Source of the DNA: Acidobacteriota bacterium
GTDB lineage: Bacteria; Acidobacteriota; Thermoanaerobaculia; Gp7-AA8
NCBI GenBank assembly: GCA_019244185.1
Contig: JAFATB010000006.1
Coordinates: 288,001-352,000 of the forward strand
DNA length: 64,000 bases
Direction: 5' to 3'
Within the stretch, counting starts at the first letter, position 1, and every line of letters starts with the position of its first letter. The position numbers were made by a program, and so were the translations under genes. Under the pieces are notes generated by a model that saw only the letters and a program-made list of their open reading frames with translations, did no database searches and was not told where the DNA came from. This document shows positions 1 through 11,983 of the stretch, piece after piece.

Positions 1-2068
<2,068 letters not shown>

Positions 2069-2081
2069 GAGAGCGTCGTCG

Positions 2082-2636
2082 TCATGACGGACTGAGCGCG
2101 CGGCGGAGCCACGCGCGCGCCATGGCCCAGTCGCGACTGACTGTCGCGGGCGAGATCGCGAGCGCCGCGGCGGTTTCGTCGAGCGTGAGCCCGCCGTAGA
2201 AACGCAGTTCGACGATCTTCGCCTGCTGCGGAAAGATGGCCGCGAGCTGGTCGAGCGCGGTGTCGAGATCGACGATGTCGAAGTCCTCGCCGGCCGCGAC
2301 GTCGAGCGCGACGCCGAGGGTGACGGGGATGAGATTGCCGCCGCGCTTCTCGCTCTTGCGGCGGCGCGCGTAGTCGACGAGGATGCGCCGCATCACCTGC
2401 GCGGCCACCGCGAAAAAGTGCGCGCGGTCGCGCCAGTCGACGCTGCGCTGATCGACGAGGCGCAGATACAGCTCGTGCACGAGCGCGGTCGGCTGCAGCG
2501 TGTGGCCGCCGCGTTCGTGCTGCAGGTGCCGCGCGGCGATCGAGCGCAGCGGACCATACACGAGACCCAGGAGGGCATCGCGCGCCGCGGCGTTGCCGTC
2601 GCTCCACTCGCGCAGGAGTTGCGTCACCTCGGACAT
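2082..2636 (-). CDS. ECF sigma factor, kinase-associated type (ECF43/TIGR02999-like)
   Basis: MSEVTQLLREW...HTLQPTALVHELYLRL...WRDRAHFFAVAAQVMRRILVD...VELRFYGGLT..ETA; ATG at 2636; directly upstream of the kinase. Confidence 0.92.
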   Translation of the reverse strand: MSEVTQLLREWSDGNAAARDALLGLVYGPLRSIAARHLQHERGGHTLQPTALVHELYLRLVDQRSVDWRDRAHFFAVAAQVMRRILVDYARRRKSEKRGGNLIPVTLGVALDVAAGEDFDIVDLDTALDQLAAIFPQQAKIVELRFYGGLTLDETAAALAISPATVSRDWAMARAWLRRALSPS

Positions 2637-2698
2637 GACCGGAACTCCCCCGATTGTACCCGTGAGGGGATTTCTCCGCCGTTTGCGCGTTTGTGAAC

Positions 2699-5644
2699 AT
2701 GACGAAGCTACGTCCCGTCCTGCTCCTGCTCTGCCTCGCGTTCCCGACCTTCCTCTTCGCCCAGTCGGCCGATCAGGAAGTCGTCTCCGTCGTCGACGCG
2801 CCCGATCCGGTCGCACCCGGAGGCACCGTGACGTACACCGTCACGCTGCGCAACAACGGGCCCGATGCCGCGACCAACGGCGGCATCAATGGCAGTCTGC
2901 CGTTGCAGTTGAGCAACTTCACGTACGCGCCGCCGGCCGGCTTCAGTTGCGGGGCGTTCGGCAACAGCATCAGCTGCACGACGCCGTCGTTCGCGGCGGG
3001 AACGACCGTCGTCATCGGCGTGACCGGGACCGTCGACGCATCGATGGCGAACTTCCCCGACACCTCGTTCTCGGCGACCTTTTCCCCGTCCGGCACGACG
3101 CCCGATCCGAACAACAGCAACAACTCGAAATCGGCGACGACGAATGTCGACTCGCCGCAGGTCGACGTCGGCATCTCCGTGACCGATTCGCCCGATCCGG
3201 TCATGCAGAACAACAACGTCACCTACACCGCCACCGTCACCAACAGTGGGCCCGACGCCGCCACCAACGTGAACTTCAACGTGTTCAACTCGAGTGGCCT
3301 CAAGTTCGTGTCGGGGACGCAGCCCGCCGGCTGGACCTGCGCGTTCCCGCCTGCCGGCGGGACGCCGAGCTTCAGCTGCTCGCGTGCTTCGTTCCCCGGT
3401 GGCGCGACCTCGCAGTTCGACGTCGTCCTCAATTTCGATCGGAACGTTCTCGGGCCCTTCGACGGCACGTACACCGTGGCCTTCGGCGCCGGCGGCACGG
3501 GCAACGACACGAACCCAGGCAACAACAACGAGAACGAGACCACGCAGTACGTGACGCCCGACTCCGACATGGCCATCACCTCGGCCACCGACTCGCCCGA
3601 TCCCGTCACGCCCGACGGCGACATCACGTACACCGTCACCGTCGCGAACAACGGTCCCGACCCGGCCACGAACGCGGCGTTCAGCGTGCCGATGAACAAC
3701 ACGCTGAAGTTCCGCTCCGTCACGACGCCCGCGGGCTGGACCTGCAATGCGCCGCCGGTGGGGACCGGCCCCGGCTTCGACTGCCACAACCCGTCGTTCG
3801 CCGTCGGCTCGAGCGTCTTCACCGTCGTGCTGCGCGCCGACTCGAATGCGTTCGGCCCCTTCGACCAGACGATCAACCAGGGCTTCGTCGCCAGCAGCGA
3901 CAACACCGATCCGAACAACGGCAACAACACGACGACCGTGTCGACGCAGTACACGACCGCGGATTCCGACATGGGCGTGAGCGCGAGCGACTCGCCCGAT
4001 CCGGTCATGCGCAACGGCGACATCACCTACACCGTCACGGTCACGAACGGCGGACCCGACGCGGCCACGAACGCCGCGCTGAGCGTGCCGATGAACAACA
4101 CGCTGAAGTTCCAGTCGATCACCGTGCCGTCGGGCTGGAACTGCCCGGCCACGCCGGTCGGCAGCGGCGCCGGCTTCACGTGCACGAACCCGTCGTTCGC
4201 GAACGGCGCCAACTCGGTGTTCACCATCGTCCTGCGCGCGGACGAAAACGCGTTCGGCAACTTCGATCAGACCATCACGCAGAACTTCAACGTCGGCAGC
4301 AACAACTCCGATCCGAACAACGCGAACAACTCGGTCAACGTCACGACGCAGATGGACGTCGCCGACGCCGACCTCTCCGTCACCGCCACCGACGCGCCCG
4401 ACCCGGTGCTCCCCGGCAGCAACATCACGTACACCGGCAGCGTCGCCAACGGCGGGCCTGATGCGGCGACGACCGTCTCGCTGAACATCCCGCTCTCGCC
4501 GAACGTCACGTTCGTCTCGATGACCGGCCCCGCGGGCTTCAGCTGCACGACGCCCGCGGTCGGCGCGAATGGCAACATCGTCTGCACGAATGCGTCGCTG
4601 GCCAATGGCGCGAACCTGCCGTTCACGCTCGTGACGCAAGTCAACGCCGCGCTCGAGCACGGTCCCGACGGCGTCATCCAGCAGGGCTTCACGATCTCGT
4701 CGGCGGACACGCACGATCCCGACGTGCCCGACAACTCGCTGACGGTCAACACCGCCTACGACGCGACGCAGTCCGACCTCGGCATCACCACCACCGGCAG
4801 CCCGAATCCCGCGAACAACGGCGATACCGTGACGTACACCTCGACGCTCACGAACGCCGGACCCGACGCGGCGTCGAACGTCGTCTACACGCTCACGCTG
4901 CCGGCGAACACCGGCTTCGGCTCCGTCACGCCGCCGGCCGGCTTCCTCTGCACCACGCCCGCCGTCGGCGCGAGCGGCGTCATCACCTGCACCGCGACGA
5001 CGTTCCCGAATGGCGGCACCGGCACGTTCATCATCACCGCGACGGTGACCGGCACGTCCGGCACGATCACGGCGCCCGCCACGATCACGACGGACACGTA
5101 CGATCCCAACGCGTCGAACAACACGACGTCGACGAACACCACGATCGCTGCTCCGACGTCCGCCGATCTCTCGGTGACGAAGACGACGAACGCGTCGACG
5201 GTCGCCGCCGGCTCGCAGGTGACGTACACGATCGGCGTGCACAACGCCGGACCCGACGCGGCGTCGAACGTCGTCATGACGGACGTGCTGCCGGCGTCAC
5301 TGCATTTCGTCTCGATCACGCAGCCGTCCGGCTTCAGCTGCACGACTCCCGCGGTCGGCGCGAGCGGCACGATCACGTGCACCGCCGCGACGCTCGCCAG
5401 CGGCGTGACGCGCACGTTCACGCTGACGGTCGCCGTCGCCGCCGACGCCACCGGCTCGATCGCGAACAGCGCCTCCGTCGCGAGCGACACGTCCGATCCG
5501 ACCGGCGGCAACGACTCCGTCGCCGCGCCGGTCGTGCCGGTCGTTCCCGCTGCAGCAACGACGGCCGTGCCGACGCTCTCGCAGTGGGCGCTGCTGATGC
5601 TCGCCGCGCTGCTCGCGGTGGTCGCGCTGCGGCGCGGGTTGTAA
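2699..5644 (+). CDS. Secreted/surface DUF11 (Ig-like) repeat protein with C-terminal IPTL-CTERM sorting signal
   Basis: Signal peptide; seven repeats of D-x-x-x-x-x-x-DxPDPV...TYTVTVxNxGPD.A...DPxxxNN, each with a Cys pair; ends AVPTLSQWALLMLAALLAVVALRRGL. Confidence 0.88.
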   Translation: MTKLRPVLLLLCLAFPTFLFAQSADQEVVSVVDAPDPVAPGGTVTYTVTLRNNGPDAATNGGINGSLPLQLSNFTYAPPAGFSCGAFGNSISCTTPSFAAGTTVVIGVTGTVDASMANFPDTSFSATFSPSGTTPDPNNSNNSKSATTNVDSPQVDVGISVTDSPDPVMQNNNVTYTATVTNSGPDAATNVNFNVFNSSGLKFVSGTQPAGWTCAFPPAGGTPSFSCSRASFPGGATSQFDVVLNFDRNVLGPFDGTYTVAFGAGGTGNDTNPGNNNENETTQYVTPDSDMAITSATDSPDPVTPDGDITYTVTVANNGPDPATNAAFSVPMNNTLKFRSVTTPAGWTCNAPPVGTGPGFDCHNPSFAVGSSVFTVVLRADSNAFGPFDQTINQGFVASSDNTDPNNGNNTTTVSTQYTTADSDMGVSASDSPDPVMRNGDITYTVTVTNGGPDAATNAALSVPMNNTLKFQSITVPSGWNCPATPVGSGAGFTCTNPSFANGANSVFTIVLRADENAFGNFDQTITQNFNVGSNNSDPNNANNSVNVTTQMDVADADLSVTATDAPDPVLPGSNITYTGSVANGGPDAATTVSLNIPLSPNVTFVSMTGPAGFSCTTPAVGANGNIVCTNASLANGANLPFTLVTQVNAALEHGPDGVIQQGFTISSADTHDPDVPDNSLTVNTAYDATQSDLGITTTGSPNPANNGDTVTYTSTLTNAGPDAASNVVYTLTLPANTGFGSVTPPAGFLCTTPAVGASGVITCTATTFPNGGTGTFIITATVTGTSGTITAPATITTDTYDPNASNNTTSTNTTIAAPTSADLSVTKTTNASTVAAGSQVTYTIGVHNAGPDAASNVVMTDVLPASLHFVSITQPSGFSCTTPAVGASGTITCTAATLASGVTRTFTLTVAVAADATGSIANSASVASDTSDPTGGNDSVAAPVVPVVPAAATTAVPTLSQWALLMLAALLAVVALRRGL

Positions 5645-5689
5645 GAGGGAAGAGAGAGACGAGGAAGTGCGGCGTGGCGCGCGAATGCG

Positions 5690-6886
5690 CTACGCCGCGC
5701 TCTCCAACACCCCGAACTGCGCCGCCACCTCGACGATCGCGGCGATGGCGCGGTCGAGGTGCTCGCGGGTGTGCGCGGCGCTGATCTGACAGCGCAGGCG
5801 CGCGGCGCCCTGCGGCACGACCGGGAAGCCGAAGCCGGACACGTACACGCCGCGCGTCAGCAGTTCCTTCGACATCGCGATCGCTTTCGCGGTGTCGCCG
5901 ATGAGGATCGGCACGATCGGGTGAATGCCCTCGCGCACGCGCACGCCTTTCGCGGTGAGCTGCGCGCGAAAGTACGCGGTGTTCTCGCGCAGGCGTCCGA
6001 CGAAGCTCGGATCCTTGTCGACGAGATCGATCGCCGCGAGCGATCCGAGGACCACCGCGGGCGGCAGCGTGTTCGAGAAGAGATACGGCCGCGACTTCTG
6101 CCGCAGATATTCGACGAGTACGTTCGGCCCCGTCGTGAAGCCGCCGTGCGAGCCGCCGAGCGCCTTGCCGAGCGTCGACGTATACGCGTCGATCTTTCCG
6201 AACACGCCGAGCTCCTCGGGTGTCCCGCGGCCGGTCGCGCCGAGGACGCCGGTGCCGTGCGACTCGTCGACGACGAGGAACGCGCCGTACTCGCGCGTCA
6301 GCTCGATCATCTCCGGCAGCGGCGCGAGCGAGCCTTCCATCGAGAAGACGCCGTCGGTCATCACGACCTTGTTGCGCGTGTCCTTCGTCGCTTCCAGCGC
6401 GCGGCGCAGATCGCCCATGTCGCGATTCTTGAAGCGCTCCTTGCGCGCCTTCGACAAACGAATGCCGTCGATGATCGACGCGTGATTCAGCTCGTCGGAA
6501 ACGATCGCGTCCTGTTCGAGCGCGACGGTCTGAAACAAACCTTCATTCGCATTCCAGCACGAGCCGTACAGGATCGTGTCCTCGGTACCGAAGAACTCCG
6601 CGATGCGCTCCTCGAGCTGGCGGTGAATGGTCTGCGTGCCGCAGATGAAGCGCACCGACGCGAGGCCGTAGCCGAAGTCGCGTTCGGCCTTCTCCGCCGC
6701 TTCGACGATGGCGGGATGATCGGCGAGGCCGAGGTAATTGTTCGAGGTGAGCATGATCACTTCGCCCAGGCCTTCGATCTCGACGAGAGGACCCTGCGCG
6801 GATTTCAGCGGCAGCTCGCGCTTGAGCGTGCCGGCGGAAGACATCGATTCGAGCTCGGCGGAAAGAGTGGAGAGCAGCGTATTCAT
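5690..6886 (-). CDS. kbl: Glycine C-acetyltransferase (2-amino-3-ketobutyrate CoA ligase), PLP-dependent
   Basis: SNNYLGL, ASVRFICGTQ, DELNHASIIDG, DESH, STLGKALGG, RQKSRPYLFSN motifs; real start MNTLLS at 6886. Confidence 0.9.
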   Translation of the reverse strand: MNTLLSTLSAELESMSSAGTLKRELPLKSAQGPLVEIEGLGEVIMLTSNNYLGLADHPAIVEAAEKAERDFGYGLASVRFICGTQTIHRQLEERIAEFFGTEDTILYGSCWNANEGLFQTVALEQDAIVSDELNHASIIDGIRLSKARKERFKNRDMGDLRRALEATKDTRNKVVMTDGVFSMEGSLAPLPEMIELTREYGAFLVVDESHGTGVLGATGRGTPEELGVFGKIDAYTSTLGKALGGSHGGFTTGPNVLVEYLRQKSRPYLFSNTLPPAVVLGSLAAIDLVDKDPSFVGRLRENTAYFRAQLTAKGVRVREGIHPIVPILIGDTAKAIAMSKELLTRGVYVSGFGFPVVPQGAARLRCQISAAHTREHLDRAIAAIVEVAAQFGVLESAA

Positions 6887-7515
6887 TCGTTGTCGTATTT
6901 GAGGTCGCGGCGGAAACATCGCTGGCCGTCCATGTCGAAGACGACGCAGGAGTCGATGGGGCGCGAGTAGACGTGCATGCTCACCGCGCGCTCGTTCCAT
7001 TCGGGACGATTGATGATGCGGTGGATGGTCTGCGTCTTGTCGACGGTATTGAGCGGCCCGCCCGGCACCGCGTACTCGTCGCCGAGGTGCTCCATCTCGA
7101 TGCGCGTCGCGCCGGCGAGACAGTCGAGGCCGACGACCTGCTGGTTCTCCGGCTTGTCGCACGCGACCTTGCGATAGTTCTCGACGAGAAGCTTGCCTTC
7201 GAGCATCGTCATCCAGCCGAGCTGCCCGTTGTGCGTGTGCAGCGGCGTGATCGCGCCGATCGGCCAGCAGATCAGCATCACCTCGATCATGTCGTTGCGG
7301 AAGATCTTGTTGCGCGTGTGCCGGTCCGGCAGCCACTGCTTGTACTGTTCGAGCTCCTCGCTCCGGATCTCGTACGCGACGAGATAGTCGTAGATTCTCT
7401 GCTTGGTGATGAGCCCCTCGGACAGCGCGCGGATGCCGTCGACGAACTCCTGCGCGGGGATCGGCGTCGGAGCGTAGATCGTCTGCGGCGTGGCGGTGAG
7501 ATTCTGCATGTCCAT
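6883..7515 (-). CDS. Cysteine dioxygenase-like cupin (thiol dioxygenase family)
   Basis: TRNKI, W-x-x-G-x-x-TPLHTH, IHRI, AVSMHVYS motifs; stop overlaps the kbl start (ATGA). Confidence 0.8.
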   Translation of the reverse strand: MDMQNLTATPQTIYAPTPIPAQEFVDGIRALSEGLITKQRIYDYLVAYEIRSEELEQYKQWLPDRHTRNKIFRNDMIEVMLICWPIGAITPLHTHNGQLGWMTMLEGKLLVENYRKVACDKPENQQVVGLDCLAGATRIEMEHLGDEYAVPGGPLNTVDKTQTIHRIINRPEWNERAVSMHVYSRPIDSCVVFDMDGQRCFRRDLKYDNE

Positions 7516-7610
7516 CGGGCCTCCGAATCGACCTGACTATACCGCCGAGCGAGCAAGTTTTACACCCGCGATTCGTGCTAGTCTCCGCGCCGTCCGGAGT
7601 GAGCAGAGCG

Positions 7611-8885
7611 ATGCAGAACGTGGCCGTGGTCGGCGCGCAGTGGGGCGACGAGGGAAAAGGAAAGATCGTCGATCTCCTCTGCGAGAACTTCGACGTCGTC
7701 GCCCGCTACCAGGGCGGCCACAACGCCGGCCACACCGTGAAGTTCGGCGAGCACCATTACACGCTGCAGCTGATCCCGAGCGGCATCCTCCATCCCGACA
7801 AGCTCTGCCTCCTCGGCAACGGCATGGTCATCGATCCCGCCGCGCTGCTCGCCGAAATCGCGAGGCTGCGCGACCTCGGCGTCGTCATCGGCGACAACCT
7901 CAAGATCAGCGACTCCGCGCACATCATCCTGCCGTATCACCGCGCGCTCGACGTCGCCCGTGAAGAGTTCGCCGGCGAGCAGAAGATCGGCACGACCGGC
8001 CGCGGCATCGGCCCCGCGTACGAGACGAAGGTCAGCCGCTACGGCATCCGCGTGGCCGACCTCGTCGACGCGGACGTGCTGCGCGAGAAGATCGAGTTCG
8101 CCTGCGCGGAGAAGAATCCCGTGCTGTCCGGCGTCTACGGCAAAGAGCAGTTCGATCCGAAGCAACTCTTCGACGATTACCTCCGCTACGGCGAGATCCT
8201 CAGCGAGCGGATCACCAGCGGAACCGTCTTTCTCAACGAGCAGATCCGCGCCGGCAAGTCGGTGATGTTCGAAGGCGCGCAGGCGACGATGCTCGACATC
8301 GACCACGGCACCTACCCGTACGTCACGAGCTCGAACTGTTCCGTCGGCGGCGTCTGCACCGGCCTCGGCGTCGCGCCGAAGCACATCCATCACGTCATCG
8401 GCGTGGTGAAGGCGTACACGACGCGCGTCGGCGGCGGCGCGTTCCCGACCGAGCTCCACGACGCGCACGGCGAGCATCTCCGCACGCGCGGCAACGAATA
8501 CGGCACGGTCACCGGCCGCTCGCGCCGCACCGGCTGGCTCGACCTCGCGGTGCTGCGCACGGCGTCGATGATCAACGGCCTCGACGCCATCGCGCTGACG
8601 AAGCTCGACGTCCTCGACGAGTTCGACGAGATCCCCGTCTGCACCGCGTACAAAGTGCGCGGCAAGACGTGGAGCACCTTCCCCGCGTTCGCCGTCGCGC
8701 ATCACGACTACCAGCCCGAATACCGCACGTTCAAAGGCTGGAAGACGTCGACGGTCGGCATCACGTCGTTCGACGAGCTGCCGCAGGAAGCGAAGGATTA
8801 CGTCCGCTTCATCGAGGACGAGACCGAAACGCGCGCGTCGATCATTTCGACGGGACCGCGGCGGGAAGAGACGATCCTTCGCTGA
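7611..8885 (+). CDS. purA: Adenylosuccinate synthetase
   Basis: GAQWGDEGKGK, QGGHNAGHT, IGTTGRGIGP, FEGAQ, GTYPYVTSS, EYGTVTGR. Confidence 0.98.
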   Translation: MQNVAVVGAQWGDEGKGKIVDLLCENFDVVARYQGGHNAGHTVKFGEHHYTLQLIPSGILHPDKLCLLGNGMVIDPAALLAEIARLRDLGVVIGDNLKISDSAHIILPYHRALDVAREEFAGEQKIGTTGRGIGPAYETKVSRYGIRVADLVDADVLREKIEFACAEKNPVLSGVYGKEQFDPKQLFDDYLRYGEILSERITSGTVFLNEQIRAGKSVMFEGAQATMLDIDHGTYPYVTSSNCSVGGVCTGLGVAPKHIHHVIGVVKAYTTRVGGGAFPTELHDAHGEHLRTRGNEYGTVTGRSRRTGWLDLAVLRTASMINGLDAIALTKLDVLDEFDEIPVCTAYKVRGKTWSTFPAFAVAHHDYQPEYRTFKGWKTSTVGITSFDELPQEAKDYVRFIEDETETRASIISTGPRREETILR

Positions 8886-9228
8886 CGGGCCAGACCTCGA
8901 CGAACTCCACCTTGGCCAGCGCGTTCATCTCCTTCCACTGCGCGAGGATCTCGTCCGGCGCGTTGTCCGGAATCGACGCGCTGCGCCACGTGATGACTTC
9001 GAGCACGTAGCCGTCGCCGCGCCAGATGAGCGGCGTCGTGTCGGTGATGACGTCGAGGCGCTTCATCGTCTTCCACGCGCGCTGCACGACCTCGACGAGC
9101 TTCGCCTCGTCGCCCGGTGACTTCAGCGTGAAGCGCGTGAACACGGTTTCGGGCGGCGCGGCGGCGGTTGCAGCGTTGGCGTTCGGCGTGGCCACGGCGG
9201 CGGCGAAGAGCAGAGCGGCGAGCATCAT
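8842..9228 (-). CDS. Small secreted hypothetical protein
   Basis: Signal-peptide-like N-terminus, GGAGG RBS upstream, normal codon usage; converges on purA with a 44-bp overlap. Confidence 0.6.
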   Translation of the reverse strand: MMLAALLFAAAVATPNANAATAAAPPETVFTRFTLKSPGDEAKLVEVVQRAWKTMKRLDVITDTTPLIWRGDGYVLEVITWRSASIPDNAPDEILAQWKEMNALAKVEFVEVWPVSEGSSLPAAVPSK

Positions 9229-9303
9229 GAGCGTTTCCTCCGGACCTGACGGTACGCGCCGCCGCGGGTTGCGCGCTTCTCGAATCCTGCGAATCGCGCG
9301 GCG

Positions 9304-10029
9304 TTACGCGAGGTACGCGGTCTGGCCGACGGAAATCGCGCCCGCGCGGAGCACGGTCGCGTACACGCCGGCGTAGTTGCCGTTCATCCGCACGACGGCC
9401 TTCATCACGCGCGGGTCCTGCTGGCCGCTGTCGGGATCCATGTTCATCATCGCGCAGCGCTCGTCGCGCATGGTGATGCCGATCGCCGGCGCGCCCGCGT
9501 CGTCGCCGAAGACGATCGTCGCGCCGACCCAGTCGTCTTCGCCGAACGCCCCAAGGCCTTCCGTCTCGAGCAGCACGTTCGCGCGCATGCACCGGCGATC
9601 GAGCTCGAGTCCCGCCTCGCGGCCGATCGCCGCGATCGTCGTAGTGCCGATGAGCGACACGACTCCGTCATCGAAGATCCCGTGTCTCAACATCATGAGC
9701 TCGACGTCGTGTCCCGACCGCTGCGCGATCTCGTCGCGAAGCTCGTCGCTGCGCAGCGCGAGCTCGGCGCCGGACGGCGTGCGCACGTGCGTCGGCAGCG
9801 GTTCGGCGGCGCTTTCGACGTTCCCAAACGGCTGATACGTGAGCAGCGCGGGAAACTTTCCCGCGGTGAGAAACGGGAAGCCGCTCGGATCACCGACGCG
9901 CCGGAACGCGAACCTGCGATCGCCCGCGATGCCGTGCAATCCGAGGTGCGCGGACGGCAGCGGAGTGCCGGCCATCGACTTCACGGGGTAGCGTACAAGT
10001 TCGGCGACGCGGCCAATCCGTCTCATCAC
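9304..10029 (-). CDS. MOSC domain protein (YcbX/mARC-like)
   Basis: RYPVKSMAG, GDRRFAF, MRANVL, RC...D...G motifs. Confidence 0.88.
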   Translation of the reverse strand: MMRRIGRVAELVRYPVKSMAGTPLPSAHLGLHGIAGDRRFAFRRVGDPSGFPFLTAGKFPALLTYQPFGNVESAAEPLPTHVRTPSGAELALRSDELRDEIAQRSGHDVELMMLRHGIFDDGVVSLIGTTTIAAIGREAGLELDRRCMRANVLLETEGLGAFGEDDWVGATIVFGDDAGAPAIGITMRDERCAMMNMDPDSGQQDPRVMKAVVRMNGNYAGVYATVLRAGAISVGQTAYLA

Positions 10030-10060
10030 GATCTTCTACGACGCTCGCGCGCGAAGCGTC

Positions 10061-11938
10061 CTACTTCAGCGTGTCGTCGACGGCCGACTGCGTCACCGGG
10101 TGGTAGCTCGCGCGCGCCTTCGCGTACACCTCTTTCGCGAACGCACGATCCTCGGCGTGCGACCACAGCGCCGCGTACAGCGGCTTCACGAACTTCCGTC
10201 GTCCCTGCGACGTGAGAAAGCGCTCGATGGCCGGGTACGCGGTCTTGTAGCGATCCTCGACGGACTTCATCAGCCACGCGAACAGCACCTCGCTGTTGCC
10301 GCTGTCGGTGAAGTGAAAGCGCGCGTCGAGCTCGCCCATGCGCGCGGGCGTGAGCGACGGCAACGACTCGACGAAATGCTGGCGCTCGTGCGACGACCAC
10401 TTCGTCATGTCGATCGCCGACGCCGGCCCGCCGCTCGCGAACTGCTTCGCCGCCGCCTCGACCTTCGCGAACGCTTCCGAATGCGGCTGCGGACAGTTCG
10501 CCGGCAGTCCGGGGCCGTAAATCCACTCCTCCACTTTGACCTGCTGCACGACGTCGGGGAGGCCTTGCTTCAGCGCATCGATGAAACGCGTGGTCGTCAT
10601 CGACTGAAACGCGTGCGCGTCGAAGTAGCCGCGCAGGAACTGATCCCAGCGCGCGCGTCCCGCCTTCTCCTCGAGCAGGCGCAGGAAGAGCGCGCCTTTC
10701 TCGTACACGAGATCGGGCGCGTCGTCAGGATCGCGTCCGGTGAGATCGAGGTAGAGCGCCTGATCCTTCACCGGCAGCGTGGGCAGCTCTTCTTTGACTT
10801 GCGTGAGGCCGAGGAGCCAGAGCATCTCGGAGTACTCGCGGCCGTACAGCGCCTCGGTGATGCGATGTTCGAAGTACGTCGTGAAGCCTTCGTTGAGCCA
10901 GAAGTCGTTCCACGTCGCGTTCGTGACGAGGTTGCCGCTCCACGAATGCGCGAGCTCGTGCGCGATGAGCGAGACGAGCGACTTGTCGCCCGCGATCACC
11001 GTCGGCGTGAGGAACGTCAGCCGCGGATTCTCCATCCCCCCGTACGGGAAGCTCGGCGGCAGCACGAGCAGGTCGTACCGTCCCCACCGGTACGGTCCGT
11101 ACAACTGCTCCGCCGCGCCGATCATCTTCGGCGTGTCGCTGAACTCGCGCGACGCCGCGTCGATCACCGGCACTTCCGCGTAAACGCCGCTGCGCCCATC
11201 GAACGCGCGGAACGCGAGGTCGCCGACGCCGAGGGCCATCAGATACGACGGCACCGGCTGCGGCATCGTGAAGTGATAGACGCCGTCGGCGGAACGCTGC
11301 GTCACGTTCTCCGCGCTCATGACCGCCATCAGCTCGTGCGGCACGCGGATCGTCGCTTCATAGGTGAAGCGCACCTGCGGCGAGTCCTGCAGCGGCACCC
11401 ACGTGCGCGCGAGGATCGCCTCGGATTGCGAGAGCAGGAACGGCTGCTTCTTCCCCGCCGTCATGGCCGGCTCGAGCCACTGCAACGCGCGCGCGCCGGG
11501 GCTCGACGCGTAGCGGATGACGACGGTGTTCGTGGCCGGCTGCAGCGGGATCGTGAGCTTGCTGCCGAGGATCGGATCGGCCGTCGCGAGCGCGAACTGC
11601 GCGGGCACGTTGCCGGGATTCAGCGCCACGGACTGGATCGCGAGATCGTGCGTGTCGAGCGTCAGCGTCGACGCGTTCGGCCGCGTGCGCTGAATCGTGA
11701 GCGCCGCCGTGCCGGCGAGCTGCTTCTTCGCGAAGTCGACGTCGAGGTCGAGCGCGAGATGCGTCACGCGCACTTCATCGGGACGCGCGTACGAATGTGG
11801 ATCGTGCACGAACGCCGGCGGCGCGGCTGTCTGCGCTGATGACGGCGGCGGCGTCTGCGCGACAGACGGCGCGACCGCGCTCTGCTCTTGCTTGCAGGCG
11901 GCGGCGACGAGCAGAAGTGCGAAGGTCAGTCGCTTCAT
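10061..11938 (-). CDS. M1 family Zn aminopeptidase (leukotriene A4 hydrolase-like), probable lipoprotein
   Basis: GGMEN, HELAHSW..NEGF, YEKG; lipobox LLVAAAC. Confidence 0.93.
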   Translation of the reverse strand: MKRLTFALLLVAAACKQEQSAVAPSVAQTPPPSSAQTAAPPAFVHDPHSYARPDEVRVTHLALDLDVDFAKKQLAGTAALTIQRTRPNASTLTLDTHDLAIQSVALNPGNVPAQFALATADPILGSKLTIPLQPATNTVVIRYASSPGARALQWLEPAMTAGKKQPFLLSQSEAILARTWVPLQDSPQVRFTYEATIRVPHELMAVMSAENVTQRSADGVYHFTMPQPVPSYLMALGVGDLAFRAFDGRSGVYAEVPVIDAASREFSDTPKMIGAAEQLYGPYRWGRYDLLVLPPSFPYGGMENPRLTFLTPTVIAGDKSLVSLIAHELAHSWSGNLVTNATWNDFWLNEGFTTYFEHRITEALYGREYSEMLWLLGLTQVKEELPTLPVKDQALYLDLTGRDPDDAPDLVYEKGALFLRLLEEKAGRARWDQFLRGYFDAHAFQSMTTTRFIDALKQGLPDVVQQVKVEEWIYGPGLPANCPQPHSEAFAKVEAAAKQFASGGPASAIDMTKWSSHERQHFVESLPSLTPARMGELDARFHFTDSGNSEVLFAWLMKSVEDRYKTAYPAIERFLTSQGRRKFVKPLYAALWSHAEDRAFAKEVYAKARASYHPVTQSAVDDTLK

Positions 11939-11983
11939 GGCGCGGTGAATTTACCGCATACAATCTCCGCGCAGGCAGAAGGA

